Source: Mobula hypostoma
Taxonomy: Eukaryota
NCBI RefSeq assembly: GCF_963921235.1
Contig: NC_086118.1
Coordinates: 13,146,001 to 13,210,000 of the forward strand
Direction: 5' to 3'
DNA length: 64,000 bases
Shown here: positions 1 to 13,280 of the stretch, piece by piece
Numbering within the stretch: the stretch's first letter is position 1
How the letters are laid out: the number at the start of each line of letters is the position of its first letter
The notes under the pieces: generated by a model
Seen by the model: the letters and a program-made list of their open reading frames with translations, nothing else
Told to the model about the DNA's origin: nothing
The model's database searches: none
Translations under genes and position numbers: made by a program

Positions 1-164
1 TTTTAGATATAACTACAAATTGAATGGTTTTAAAGTTTTCTCATAATACTAAAATCTAAGAACCTGTCAAACCAGATAATGATCGGCAGAGCTGGTAGAT
101 GGTAAAGTAGCTTATACAGATAAAAAAATCTGAAAGGCGTTTAAAAATGGAAGGTAAAATGCTG

Positions 165-710
165 TAAGTGGCTACTTTGTTAGTTACCTCTGTACACCTG
201 TTCATTAATGAAAATATCTAATCAGACATTCATGTGGCAGCAATTCAGTGCATAAACGCATGCAGACATGGTCAACAGGTTCAATTGTTATTTAGACCAA
301 ACAAACGGAATGGGGAAAAATGTGATCTAAGAGATTTAGACTGTGAAATGAATGTTGGTGCCAGACAGGGTGGTTTGACTATCTCAGAAACTGTTGATCT
401 CCAGGGATGTCCATGAACAACAGTCCTTAGAGTTTATAGAGAATAGTGCAAAAAAGTCCAGTGTGCAGTAGTCCTCAAAAATGCCTTGTTAATGGGAGAG
501 GTCAGAGGAGAATGGCCAGACTGGATCAAGCTGACAGAAGGATTGCAGTAGCTGAGATAAGCACACAATTCAACAGTGTTGTGTACAAGACTATGTCTGA
601 ACACGCAACACATCAAACTTGAAGTGGATGGGCTACAGCAATGGAAGACCACAAGCTAACACCCAGTGGCCACTCTATTAGGTACAGCTATAACATGGCC
701 ACTGAGTGTG
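165..710 (+). mobile_element. Non-autonomous Tc1-like DNA transposon (N-terminal transposase remnant)
   Basis: Translation resembles the Tc1 DNA-binding region (GARQGGLTISETVDLQG...RGQRRMARLDQADRR...LKWMGY). TIR-like gtggctactttgttag at ~168, an internal copy cagtggccactctattaggtaca at ~664, and terminal ggccactgagtgt at 697-709. Confidence 0.75.
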
Positions 711-1119
711 CTTGCCTACAAGGAGCTTTTATGTGAAAAAAAAATAAAAGAGAAAGGTTTTAAGGGCAACTGTACATGCTGATTTTAAAATGAGGGTATT
801 CATTTTGAAAATTGGAGATGTCTGACTCCTGAGCAGCCAAGTCGCAGTAAGACCATTGAATATGATGGTGAGATAACCTACTGTTAATTGTGGGGTTTGT
901 GTTGCCCATTGCTGAGCACCTATTCAAAAACTGACAAAGAAACTTTTACCATCACTGCAGCGGCGAGCAAGCCTTCAGATCTGCAAACAACAGATCACTT
1001 CCTCAACCTTTCTTACTTTTCTCAGAGTTTCTCATCACCATGTCACAACTCACCTCAACATACTTCCTGCTGAGGTGAAGCCAGTCTTGAGGACACTTGG
1101 GAATATGTTTCACCTCCTC

Positions 1120-1960
1120 CAGTCTACTCCAGAACCACATCTCTTCAACCTCACTTATTCAGATATGAAGACAAGACTTGCACTTGCACACATCCAGGCG
1201 TGGTCCTTCAAGTCACTATTGATTTATTCACGGACATGTACAAGACAACAATTCTTGAAGTTAATGTCCATCAGACAAAAGTTCTCCTACCAGAATGCTG
1301 CCACTGTACAAGATCAGCCTCAACAATAAAAGGTCCACAGTGACACCCTGGATATGGGGCCTAAGTCTCATATTTCAGGAGGTAACTCTCAGTAAAGGCA
1401 GATATCGTGCAACAAAATTGACCACTCTCTCCTATATGCCAACGTGGTCTTTGGCTAACTAAAATGCTTTTCAAGATGAAGAACTTAAGCCCAGCACTAA
1501 ACTTGTGGTCCAATGGGCAGTAGTTATTGTGCTTTCTGAAACAGTTCAGGGGATTGTTTTACATATTGCAACCACTTCAAGGTAGCAGAGAGAGACCACC
1601 ATTGTTGTTTCTACAAAATCCTCCAGCTCCAATAGAAGTATAAGTGCTCTGCCATTGCCATCATCTCCCAAGTCACATGACCAGCCCCAAGACTCCAATT
1701 ACTTTCAGCTGGGGCAGAAAGGTTTCCCCATATCATTTGCAAGCTTGACATCAGACTCACTTAATAGATAGTTTCCACTAGCAAAAGATCAGGGCAAGAT
1801 ATTACTGAAAGGACAGAGGAAGCAATTTGAGGATACTTTCAACAACATCTACGCTATATCAAAGCAATCCAGGCCTATGGTCACTCAAAATGGAGGAAGA
1901 GCATGAGAAGGCTTTAAGAATCTTGACTCCTTATCGAGAGCATGCAACGGCTCTGTAAAA
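1120..1960 (+). mobile_element. Degraded RTE-clade LINE (RT C-terminal part)
   Basis: Broken frames give LFNL..., LAH..., IDLFT..., KVL.Q and TKLVV..AVV-like segments typical of RTE RT; many stops and frameshifts. Confidence 0.55.
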
Positions 1961-1988
1961 CTACAGGTATGCACAACTCCAAACCTAT

Positions 1989-3045
1989 CATAAGACCATA
2001 ATGCACAGGAGCAGAATCATGGCTGATACTTTTTTTTTCTCCTCCTCAACCCCAGTTCCAGTCCTTCTTCCCATAACCTTTGATGCTATGGCCAAACAAG
2101 AACCTATCAATTTCTGCCTTAAATACACCTGGCCTCCACAACTGCATGTGGCAACAAATTCCACAAATTTACACCATTTGGCAAAATAAATCTCTCTGCA
2201 TCTCTGTTTTGAAAGGCGCCCCTCTATCCTGAGGCTGTACCCTCTTGTCCTAGACTCTCCCACCATGGGAAATATCCTTTCCACATCTACTCTGTCTAGG
2301 CCTTTCAACATTTGAAAGATTTCAATGAGATCCCCCCTCATCCTTCTGAATTCCAATGAGTACAGACCCAGAGTCATCTAATGCTCCTCATATGATAAAC
2401 CTTTCATTCCTAGAAACATCCTTGTGAACCTCCTCTGGACCCTCTCCAATGCCAGCACATCTTTTCTAAAGATGAGGGGCCCAAAACTGTTCACAATACT
2501 TAAGGTGAGGCCTCACCAGTGCCTAATAAAGCCTCAGCATCACATCCTTGCTCTTATATTCTAGACCTCTTGAAATGAATGCTAACATGGCATTTGCCTT
2601 TGTTACTACTGACTACCTACAAGTTAACCTTTAGGGTGTTCTACACAAGGACACTCAAGTCCCTCTGCATCTCAAATTCCTCAATCTTCTCCAAGTTCAG
2701 AAAATAGTCCACGCATTTATTTCTGCTACTAATGTGCATGACCATGTATTTTCCAACATTGTATTTCATTTGCCACTTTCTTGCCCATTCTCCTAATCTG
2801 TCTAAGCCCTGCAGCATCCTATGTGTTTCCTCAACACTACCTGCCCCTCCACCAATCTTTATACCATCTGCAAATTTGGCAACAAAGCCATCTATTCCAT
2901 CATCTAAATCATTTATATACAGCATAAAAAGAAATGGTCCCAACACCGACCCCTGAGGTACACCACTAGTCACTGGCAGCTGACCAGAAAAGGATCCTTT
3001 TATTCCCACTCGCTGCCTCCTACCAATCAGCCAATATTCTAACTA
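1989..3045 (-). mobile_element. 5'-truncated CR1 LINE
   Basis: ORFs 2641-3009 (VTSGVPQGSVLGP...KFADG) and 1988-2377 (LGLYSLEFRRMRGDLIE); short tandem 3' tail (cataagaccataa). Confidence 0.92.
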
Positions 3046-3446
3046 TCTATATCCACCTTGCCAAGGATTTCCTGCCCTTCCTATAGCTAGGTTGATGGAT
3101 CCCACATTGGCCTTACCAGGCACCACAAAAGCTGCAGGACCAGAGAGGGTGGAACTTATCCTTGCCCCTTGATGGACTCTGTAAGAAGAGTTGAAGAAAA
3201 CTTCCTCAGCATTGAACTGATATATGAATTGATATTATATCATCAAATCTTTGGAGTGGGAATTTTGAAATGAGATTGCTTCCTCAGCCTATGTCAACAC
3301 CTAAAATTAATGTGTGAGTGATGTAAAAAAGATTAGAGCCATTTAACAAGCTAGCATGGGAGATATGTTAATGGATCAAATAGTTTACTTTCGGTGCTTC
3401 AATTACTATGATTCTGTTTGTATAAAAAAGACTTTTAAATATTCAA

Positions 3447-3635
3447 ACACGAGGAAATCTGCAGATGCTGGAATTTCAAACAACACACATAAAAGTTGCT
3501 GGTGAACGCAGCAGGCCAGGCAGCATCTATAGGAAGAGGTACAGTCGACGTTTCGGGCCGAGGCAAAGGGTCGACTGTCATCCTATAGATGCTGCCTGGC
3601 CTGCTGCATTCACCAGCAACTTTTATGTTTGCTGC
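3447..3635. mobile_element. Fold-back mini-element made of Penelope-like terminal repeat sequence
   Basis: Inverted arms ~3487-3549 and ~3570-3628 match the Penelope ends at 19227 and 20790; flanked by the 13-bp direct repeat tttaaatattcaa (3434-3446, 3636-3648). Confidence 0.85.
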
Positions 3636-6204
3636 TTTAAATATTCAATATGTCATTTCCACTCAATCTCCACTGCTTTTTCCATTCTTATCTCTCCTTA
3701 TGTTATGGAATCAAATTTTCCTTGACCATTGATAGGTCCCATGATTGACTACCTCTTGATTAGAGCCAGAGAGACATTCAATTCACAACTTTCATAACTA
3801 GAGCTCTGTTGTGGGAAACAATATATCCCAGATACCTCACATGTAGAAAAATAAAAAAAAACATTTAAATGTGCAACAAAAAGGGAGGTGTCCCAAATAA
3901 TGACAATTGTAAGGTCTGCAGAAGCAGATGTAAATGCAAGGTGGGAGAGTTGGCTGAAAAAGCTGGAAAATCCACTGCCATTCCTAAGCAGGAGAATAAA
4001 TCCACAGGAGACCAGATAATATGGAGAGGGATAGAGAACCTTTCAGAGATGAAATGTAGCAAGGTCACAAAAGTACTTGTCAAAAAATGAATGCAAATTA
4101 GTGTTCGCTAAGATATAATTGGACAAGGTCACAAAAATTGAAACAAAAAGAATGTAAATAAGTGCTTAAAGTATTTTACATCAAAGGTAAATTATCCTCC
4201 CTAGAGTTAATTTCACCATTAGAGTTAAGTGTGCTTTGATTTTTAGTGAGAATATACAATGTGCTGTGATTTTGGGATTTAATTGTAATGTATTTAACAG
4301 GATATGAATATTAACATTGTAAGAATTGTTTCATAGTTCAAAAGATTAATTTTGTAAAGCACATTAAGAGGTAATTTTCTGCGGAATATAAATCTGTAAG
4401 GTAGGCATTAAATGGGCTGTTGGACGCAACCAACTGCTAATTTGTGTCAAATGGTATAATTAGCAGCTGCTGTGCAGACAAAGGAGAAGTTTGAAGTCAG
4501 AACATTTGGAAATCATGTTTAAATTTCTGTAGCTTCCTTTTGTCTTAATAGATTGTTCCTACCTCCCCCACAAGTGATCATGGTAGCAGACTAAGGTAGC
4601 TAATGAAGAAAATGGAATTCACTGAGAAATGTGGAGTAACAGAGCAGATAGGAGCTGTTTGTGCCATTATGCTTCCACTGCTGAGGCACACACAGAACAC
4701 TGTAGGAACCCTTGTCTTGATGATAAACCTCAGATGGAGTGGCCAGCTGTTTATTTCTCTACACAGATGTGGCCTGTCCTGCTGAGTTCCTGCGGTGTAT
4801 CATATGTGTTGCTCAATATTTCCAGCATCTGCAGTTTCTTATGTGTTTCCTCATGCTTTTACTGCCTATCTGATAATCTAACAGTGTTTCTCACACCCTC
4901 TTTCTTTCTCCATGCTTTTTCTCATTTGTAAGTAAATGTCCCTGTTCATTTGACATCCGGTTCTACTCCATAATCCTTTCAGCGGGCATCCCAGAACTGA
5001 GCCATTCAATGCCTGCAGTATTAGTTCTCATCTGTGGAAGTCATTTTGCCTTATAAAAAATCTATTAACTTTTAATCGCTATTGAATGTTGCCTTAATGT
5101 TTTTATCCTTGAGGGAGATCTTTCCTTATTTCTTCATATCCGAATCTTCATTTTGTTGTTAAATTTTCCTCTTCATCTGGAAGCTGGTGAGCAGATTCCT
5201 TCAACTTTGTTTTCTTATTCAAGTTAGGAAGATATTGTCAAAGCATCCTTTCTGAGTTGCTGCTGTACATTCTAGAGCTGGTAGACACTGCAGATAAGGT
5301 CCCCAACTGATAGAGGGCGGTTACACTGGTTATAAAGCATAGTGCTTAGAAATGAAATCAATGGAATGAATTTCAGAAGTGAGCCACATGTACTGAGTAG
5401 CAGGTAAGATTATCGATCTAGTGGCCAACTCCTGCTCCAAGCTAGTCTGTTCATATGCTAATAAAATTTTGGAACCTTCTTCCTAAAACAGATGTCGTGG
5501 GAGTATCTTCAAAATAAGAACTCATGATTCAGGAAGACCACTTACCACTGCCTTCACAATAAATAGTGTCCTTGCCAGCAAAACCCACATCCATGAGTGA
5601 ATGAAGATATTTTTAACTAGTATGCTGACCTTGAGGTGAAATCTTCCTTTGCAATGCAATTGTATTCTAAAAACTCTGCGCAAAATTGAAATGTCCTTAG
5701 TTAATAGTTCAAGTCATTCAGCATCTCATTCAACTGAAAAGGACTGTAATTTCTCTTCAAATTACAAATTATATTTTGTAAAATTGAGCTGAGTTCAAAG
5801 AATAATTGAAGGTTATTTTGTTGATGAAGCTGTCAGATTTGCAGACCCATGTTGCAACAAGTTATAAGTTTATGAATTGGGCTGCCTGTAAATTTCATGA
5901 TTATGCAGCTCCTGCTGGCAACCTTTCCAAGTCCCCTTTTCAGGATAGTTTACCGTAGTGACTAGAGAACAGGGATGTCTGAAAATTCAACTCTGTTTGG
6001 TAACATTAATTGGATGTAGAACAGCACTATTGTATTTTACTCTGCCTGCAAAAATCATTATATTGACTGTAGTTTTTGCAAGTGTGTTTTATGTCATCCA
6101 TAACTTTATAACTTTTTGCAACACTGCAGCACAAGAATTGGAAGCCAATTGGCTCCCATGCCTTACTCCCTGAATCAATAAAATCTGGGCAAATGTTTTA
6201 CATC

Positions 6205-7790
6205 AAAGTTCAAAGCAACTTTATTATCAAAGTACATATATGCCACCATATACAACCCTGAGATTCATTTTCTTGTGGGCATATTCAATAAATTCATAAT
6301 AGAATAATAACCAATATAGAATCTATGAAAGACCGCTCCAACTTGGGCATTCAACCAATGTGCAAAAGACAACAAACTGCAAATACGAAAAGAAATAAAT
6401 AATGGTAATAAATAAATAAATAAATAAGCAATAAATTTCAAGACCATGAAATGAAGAGTCCTTGAAAGTGAGTCTATAGGTTCTGGGAACATTTCAGTGA
6501 TGGTACAAGTAAAGTTATCTCCTTTGGTTCAAGAGCCTGATGGTTGAACGGTAATAACTATTCCTAAACCAGGTGGTGTGAGTTCTGAGGCTGTTGTACC
6601 TTTTTTCCTGATGGTAGCAGCAAGAAGCGAGCATCGCCTGGGTAGTCGGAATTCTGATAATGGATGCTGTTTTCCTGCAACAATTTCCGCGTAGATGCTG
6701 CTGAATGGTGGGGAAGGCTTTACCCATGATGCATTGAGACATATCCATTACTTTTTGTAGGATACTCCACTCAAGGGTATTGGTGTTTCCATACCAGGCT
6801 GTGAAGCAGCCAGTTAATATACTCTCATCCACACATCTATACACACTTGTCAAAAGTTTTAGATTTCATGCTGAATCTGCACAAACACCTAAGGATATAG
6901 AGGTGTTGCCCATGCCAATGAAATAGCATCTGCTGTGAAGCTGTTGCTCCTGGAGGCAAATTGGAGTGGATCCAAGTCTCTTCTCAGGCAGAAGTTGATA
7001 TGTTTCATCACCAACCTTTCAAAATGGTTCACCACTGTGGATGTAAATGCATTTGCACAATAGTCATTGAAGCATGTTATCACGTTCTTCTGAGGCACCA
7101 GTATAAGTAAAGTCTGCCTGAAGCAGGTGTGTCCCTCAAACTGCTGAAGCAAGAGGTTAAAGATCTCAGTGAACACTCCAACCTGTTGATCAGTACAGGT
7201 CCTTGGTAGTTTGTCATATACCCCATCTAGGCCCGGTACTTTTTGTGGTTCACCTTCCCGAAGGCTGCTCGCTCATCAGTCTGAAAATCACAGGATCATC
7301 GGGAGCTGTAGAATTTCGTGATTTGACAGTCAGAGCAAGCACAGAGGCATTGAGCTCATCGGGAGGTGAAGCCCTGTTGTTGCCTATGTCAACTTGATTT
7401 AACTTGTTATTATTCAAGCCCTGCCACAACTGTAGAGCATCATTCGTTGATTCAAGTTTAGTCTTGAATTACCACTTTGCCTGTGAGACAGCTTTCTGGA
7501 GATCGTACCTGGACCTCTTGTAACTTTCTTGGTCACCAGACTTGAATGCCTCTGATCTGGCCCTCAGCAGATTGTGGATCTCATGGTTCATCCAGGCTTC
7601 TGGTTGGGGAAGACTCTGAATGATTTTGTGGGGATGCACTCTTCTACAACTGTTTTTATAAAGCCATGACAACTATGGTGTAGTAATTCAGATCCACAGA
7701 TAAGTCTGTGAACTCAGCCCTGTCTACTGACTCAAAATAATCCCATATCTGCTCCTCTGCCTCCCGTGACCACCTCTTTCTTTTCCTAAT
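6205..7790 (-). mobile_element. Degraded Rex1/Babar-clade LINE with internal deletion
   Basis: ORF remnants LDPLQFA...DAISLA, ESILTGCFTAWYGN, RNSYY.STIRLLN; the central RT between these segments is missing. Confidence 0.8.
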
Positions 7791-8419
7791 TTCTGAAGCG
7801 TTGCTCTTTAGCCTTAATTGCATATCCCCTGATTTCTTTAATATCTGAAAATATATCATTCTCTGCATTGAATACACTTGATGACTGATCTTCCATAACA
7901 CTCTTTGATAGACAATTTCAAAGATTCTCATCCTCAGAATGACAACATTTCTCCTCACCCTGTCCTAAATCATCACTCCTTATTTGGGACTGCTGTCAAT
8001 AGTTTTTAACACACAACCAGAACTGTCCATGAAAATTGGAAAAAGTGCATGCGTTTGACATCTATCTTGTCAAACCTCTTACAATATCTCTGACAGCTCC
8101 TTAATATTTTAATGTCTGGTTCTTCATATCGTGTTGGAAGCCATGCCTTTGGCAAACTGGGACTTGAGGTTTGGATTTCCTGTAACTCCTTACATGGTGG
8201 TGAAGTATGTTTAAGAATGTTTTTGTATCTCTTGAGAAGTTTTATTCCATTAAATAAAAATGCAAGTTGTAAATGGCACTTTGAGTAGTTTACTTGGAAC
8301 TGTGTTGGAATTGTTCAGATGAAGACAAAGATGGGCAGGTGAGTCGAGTCAAGGATGCACACAAAGCCTACCTGAAGGAGTGCAGCACTCCTACTTTGGG
8401 GAATTTGTGACTGAATACT

Positions 8420-8675
8420 CCTCAAACTAGAAGGCAATCATTCAGGACAGTGGTTTGAACCTTCATGACCTGCATTCGGAACAAACCAAAGCCCTGCAGA
8501 AGTGGCAGAGGAGGAAATTATTCCACAAACTGTTCATCTACTTCCCCCATGGGCTAGCTTCTGCCCCATTTGTGGAAGAATCTGCTATTCCCACATTGAC
8601 CTCATTCGCTACCTGAGAACCCTCAAAACTGTTGTGGATTTAAGTCACCCTTGATGCTAAGGGACTGCCTAAGAA
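8420..8675 (+). mobile_element. RTE-like LINE 3' fragment
   Basis: Encodes a CPICGRICYSHIDLIRYLRT zinc-finger-like C-terminus, followed by a short 3' UTR ending gggactgcctaagaa. Confidence 0.55.
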
Positions 8676-9771
8676 AATGGAATTAAGTTTGAAATTATCA
8701 TGTGGTAATGCACTTGTCTTGAATACCATTTGATAGCTGAAGTTGCTGAAAGCTCTAAGCAGGACTCGACAATATTGTTGTTGCTGAATATAATTAATTC
8801 CATTAGTACTGAGATAAACAGGTTGTTATTATTTAAAGCACTATCTGAAATATTTCAGGGAGTTACTTTCTACATTGTTTCCAATTTCTTGCAAATCATT
8901 CTGACTTTGGCAATATCATGTGAGCCATATCCCCACAGATAAGACATATACTGATTACTTGATTGGGCTTCAGGTCTATTTGTCAATCAGATACTGTATA
9001 TGCTGCATTTTAAGTGGTAAAAGGCACCTGGGGTTGTACAAGAGCAAATTATAGCACTTTCTTGATGCTGGTTTCATCTATAATGGATAACCTTGTCCAT
9101 ACAAAATAGCCATAAGGATGTTGTGTGATCTGTAAAAGTAAACCAATAAACATTGCCAGAGTATAAACCATGCTACTCTTTGTGATAATAAATAGGTTGT
9201 TCTTATTTGAATACCAGGAGGTGGGGAAGCATTCTGAGAATGTTCAATAAATCAAGAGGAAATGTTACTGCCAGATGGTGAGGGGAGAAAATGACAAGCA
9301 AAATGTGACAGCTGAGGAAGAAAATTTAAGCGGAAGCAGGCAGCCAGCGTATACATGGTTAGTAGAAATGGTCAAGCACTCAAAGTTTAACTGTACTAAT
9401 TTACCATCGGATTGATGAGTTGAAAGTACAGACTGTAACACTCTGTATGCGTGTTATTGAATAGCCTTTACAGAGACAGTTTCAGAGTTATGGATGTTCC
9501 AGGTTATATGATACTCCCAAAGAACAGACTGAATAGGAAAAGAGAACGAGTAGTTTTGTTAATCAGAGGTTCCAGAGCAGTATGAAGACCTGATACAGAG
9601 GCAGTAGATAGTACTGCAGAATTAATTTGCTTTGAAATTGTGAAGAGTCGGGGAAAGGAGACTGGATGACAGTCATCTATTGGTCCCCAAACTGTGACCT
9701 TCAATAAGAAGAGCATAAATGAGCAAGCATCCAAGGCATACTTAAAGAGAACAGAATTATCATGGGAGTTT

Positions 9772-12671
9772 ATATATTTTTTTTAAATTTATTTTTTGCT
9801 CAGCATAACAATACTTTCAATTTCCAGATACATTTACATTTACATTTCTTCCCCTCACAGATATCAGGCATCAGAACACTTCCATCAAAATATAGATATC
9901 ACCACAACATCCTATACAAAAGCCCTTATTAGTATAGCAGACAGGTTTACATCTATATACTGCAGAAAAGGTTGCCATGTTTTATGAAAACTATTTGTTT
10001 CTGAGTGTACCATGCATGTCAAAAAGTCCAAGAGGAATGTATTCCATGATTAATTTATGCCAACCAAAAAGTCCAGGGGCCTTATCGGATATCCAATAAA
10101 GTAAAATACTCTTCCTCGCACAAAAAGTCAGGATGTTAAAAAGTTTTTTCTGATGTGCATTAATAATACGACTGCTGGGTAAGCCTAAGAGGAAAAACAC
10201 TGGACTCTATCTTCAGAATCTTTGCCATTTCACCCAAAATATCATTCCAGTATGTCTGAAGTTTGGGACAAGTCCAAAAACAGTGGGTGAAAGTTCCAGT
10301 ACTTACTTTACATTTAGAACACATTGGAGAAACACCCGTCTTAAATTTCGAGAGACGATCTGGAGTCAGATGGGCTCTATGCAGAATTTTGAGTTGCAAT
10401 GCTTTAGTTCTATTACAAACTGAAATTTTCTTTGCATTATCACAGATGTCTTCCCATGTTTCAGCTGCAATTTCTACTCCCAGCTCTTCCTCCCGGACCC
10501 TTCCCAGAAGCCTCAGCCTCAGCCTCTCCACAAGAACAGGATGCTGTAAAAAGTATTAATAGAGGCTTCACCCTTAGGACGAAACATCCTCTTTTCTATG
10601 TCAGAACTATAGAAATCAGTTAACAATGATGTTTTTTTCTGTATATAATCTCTTATCTGAAAGAAATGAAAAAGATCCTTGTTGGGTATGTTAAATTTCT
10701 GTACTATTTGACTAAAAGACATCATCATTCCTTCATCAAACAAATCTCCTAGATGGAAAATACCCTTAGAAATCCAAAGTTTAAATCCAGAATCCATTAT
10801 GCCAGGCTGAAAATCTGGACTGCGGGATATTGGAGTGAAGGGTGACATTTTTGCTGCGTTGCCTTTATTTGTCATACCGCCCTCCAAGCCCTGACATTTT
10901 CAATTGCCATTGGATTGTGACAATATTCCTTAATTAGTTTCATCTTATTGAGGAAAAGCAAATTAATAAGAGGGCATTTTGTTTCTGAAGCTTCAATGTC
11001 TAGCCAACTTGAGGAGGGGTCTCTGCAAACCCAGTCAACCACACAAGATAAAAAGGAACTCAATTGATATTTTTTGATGTCTAGAAACTCCAGATCCCCT
11101 AGACTACTGGGAAGCTGTAACTTAGACATTTTAATACAGGGTCTTTTTTTGTTCCAGATGAAAGAAACAAACCAGCCATTTATTTTTTTAAGAGTTTGTT
11201 GTGTAAAAATGACTGGAATCATTCATATTGGGTAGAGCAGATGAGGAAGAATGTTCATTTTGAGCAAGGATATTCGGCCAATCCAAGAAATGGGAAGAGT
11301 GCTCGATCGCTCAAGACCCTGTTTGATTTTGTCAAATAACTGTGTAAAGTTAGCTTTGAACAATTGATCAAACATAGGTGTGATAAATATGCCGAGAGAA
11401 ACAAAACCTGTCAGCGACCATTTAAAGGGGAAAACATCCTGAGTGTCAGGCACCTGCAGCAGGTTCCCTAGAGGCATAGCCTCTGATATAGTAAAGTTGA
11501 TTTTATAACCTGAAAAGGCGCTAAATGAGTTGATACATTGTATAAGGTGGTGCACTGATATAGCAGGATCTGATAAGAAAATTAGAATATCATCTGCATA
11601 CAATGTATTTTTATGTGACTTTAGTCCTATGTCTGGAGCAGATATTTTGGGGTCTCGCCGAATAGCCTCAGCCAATGGCGCAATCACTAGTGTGAAAAGT
11701 AGTGGTGATAAAGGGCAGCCCTGCCGGCTGCCCCTCAGAATACTAAAATCAACTGACCTAATACCATTCGCGAGAATTGCAGCCAAAGGGTCATTATAAA
11801 GAACCTTCACCCACTTAATACAATTATTGTCCAAACCATATCATTCTAAAGTAAAAAAAGATACGGCCATTTGACACGATCAAAGGCCTTTTCTGCATCT
11901 AAGGAAACCACCAAGCCGTCTGCTGCCTGTTGCTGACATGCCTGAATCACATTAAGTAATCTTCTGATATTGTTAGATGATCTACGGCCTTTTACAAAAC
12001 CCATTTGATCCTCTTTTATGATAAGAGGTAGCGCAGTTTCTAATTGCAATGCTAAGGTTTTAGATAAACACTCACAACACGCTGGAAGAACTCAGCAGGT
12101 CGGGCGGCATCCGTGGAAATGATGAGTTCACGTTTCAGGCCGAAACCTTTCGTCAGGACTGAAGAGGGAAGGGACAGAGGCCCTATAAAGAAGGTTGGGG
12201 GAGGGTGGGAAGGAGAAGGCTAGTAGGTCCAGGTGAAAAACCAGTAAGGGAAAATATAAAGGGGTGGGGGAGGGGAAGCAGGGAAGTGATAGGCTGGAAA
12301 GGTGAAGAAGGAATAGGGGAAAATACAATGGGTAGTAGAAGGAGGCGGAACCATGAGGGAGGTGATAGGCAGCTGGGGGAGGGGACAGAGTGAAATAGGG
12401 ATAGAGGAAGGGAGGGGGAGGGAATTACCAGAAGTTGGAGAATTCTATGTTAACGGAAGTTAGAGTACCTTTCTTTTCAGCACCTTTCAATGGCATGGTG
12501 TTGAAGCAGCTCAGAAAAAAATACTCATCAATTTTCATGTCATTAAATCCGACACTTGAGCATTTTAAAAATAGTTGAAACGGATCGGTTTATATGCGAA
12601 ATTATCAGTGTTGCGGTGCTGAGCTCAGCAAAGCAGACTCTTCACTGCGCTGCCATCTTGAAAACCCCCTG
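9772..12671 (-). mobile_element. L1-clade LINE retaining 5' UTR and RT/C-terminal ORF2, with ORF1 and endonuclease missing
   Basis: ORF2 pieces 10160-12049 (DQMGFVKGR, SLDAEKAFDRV, RGSRQGCPLSPLLF, LYADDILI, CSKC...HCFWTC); T-rich 3' tail at ~9772-9797; 5' end with a caagatggc YY1-like motif (12652-12660); diverged TSD tcatgggagttt (9760-9771) / tcacgggagattt (12672-12684). Confidence 0.88.
12068..12450 (-). mobile_element. Penelope-like terminal repeat fragment inside the L1
   Basis: Similar to Penelope 3' regions elsewhere in the window, including a hammerhead-like core at 12125-12162 and a purine-rich tract. Confidence 0.75.
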
Positions 12672-12839
12672 TCACGGGAGATTTTAATCTACTTATTGAT
12701 TGGAAAAACTAAACTGGCAATGGTATTGTAGAAGAGTTCGTGAAATGTGGTAGGGATTGTTCTGATGCTTTTGTATACTTGTGAGTTATTTGCAAACTAC
12801 TGTAGAGTAAACCCTGTATAATAAAAAACTTAGTAGGTA

Positions 12840-13280
12840 GGCAAAACCGTCCCCATCATTGAGTACATTTACAAGGAGCGCTGCCGAAAGAAAGCTGTAT
12901 CAATCATCCAGGTCTTATTGCAACAACCATTGGTCAGAAGATACAGGGGCCTTTGGTCCCATATCACCATTTTTAGCAACAGTTATTACCCAACAATCAT
13001 CAGGATTCTGAACCAGTGTGGATAACTTCACTCACCTCAACCCTGAATAGACGCCACAACCTGTAGACTCACTTTAAGGGACTCCAACACCCAGTGTTAT
13101 TTATTAACTTTTTTAATTTATTTGTATGATTCATCTTCTTTTGCACATTTGACATTTGTCAGCTGTCATTAATAGTTTTCATAAATTCATACATTTTTTA
13201 TTTTCCTGTAAATTCCTGTAAGAAAACAAATCTCAGGGTAGTACATGGTGAAATATACAAACTTTGATAAATTTACTTTG
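12840..13280 (+). mobile_element. Rex1/Babar 3' fragment
   Basis: IEYIYKERCRKKA...NSYYPTIIRILN remnant plus a 3' UTR similar to that at 6205-6500. Confidence 0.7.
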
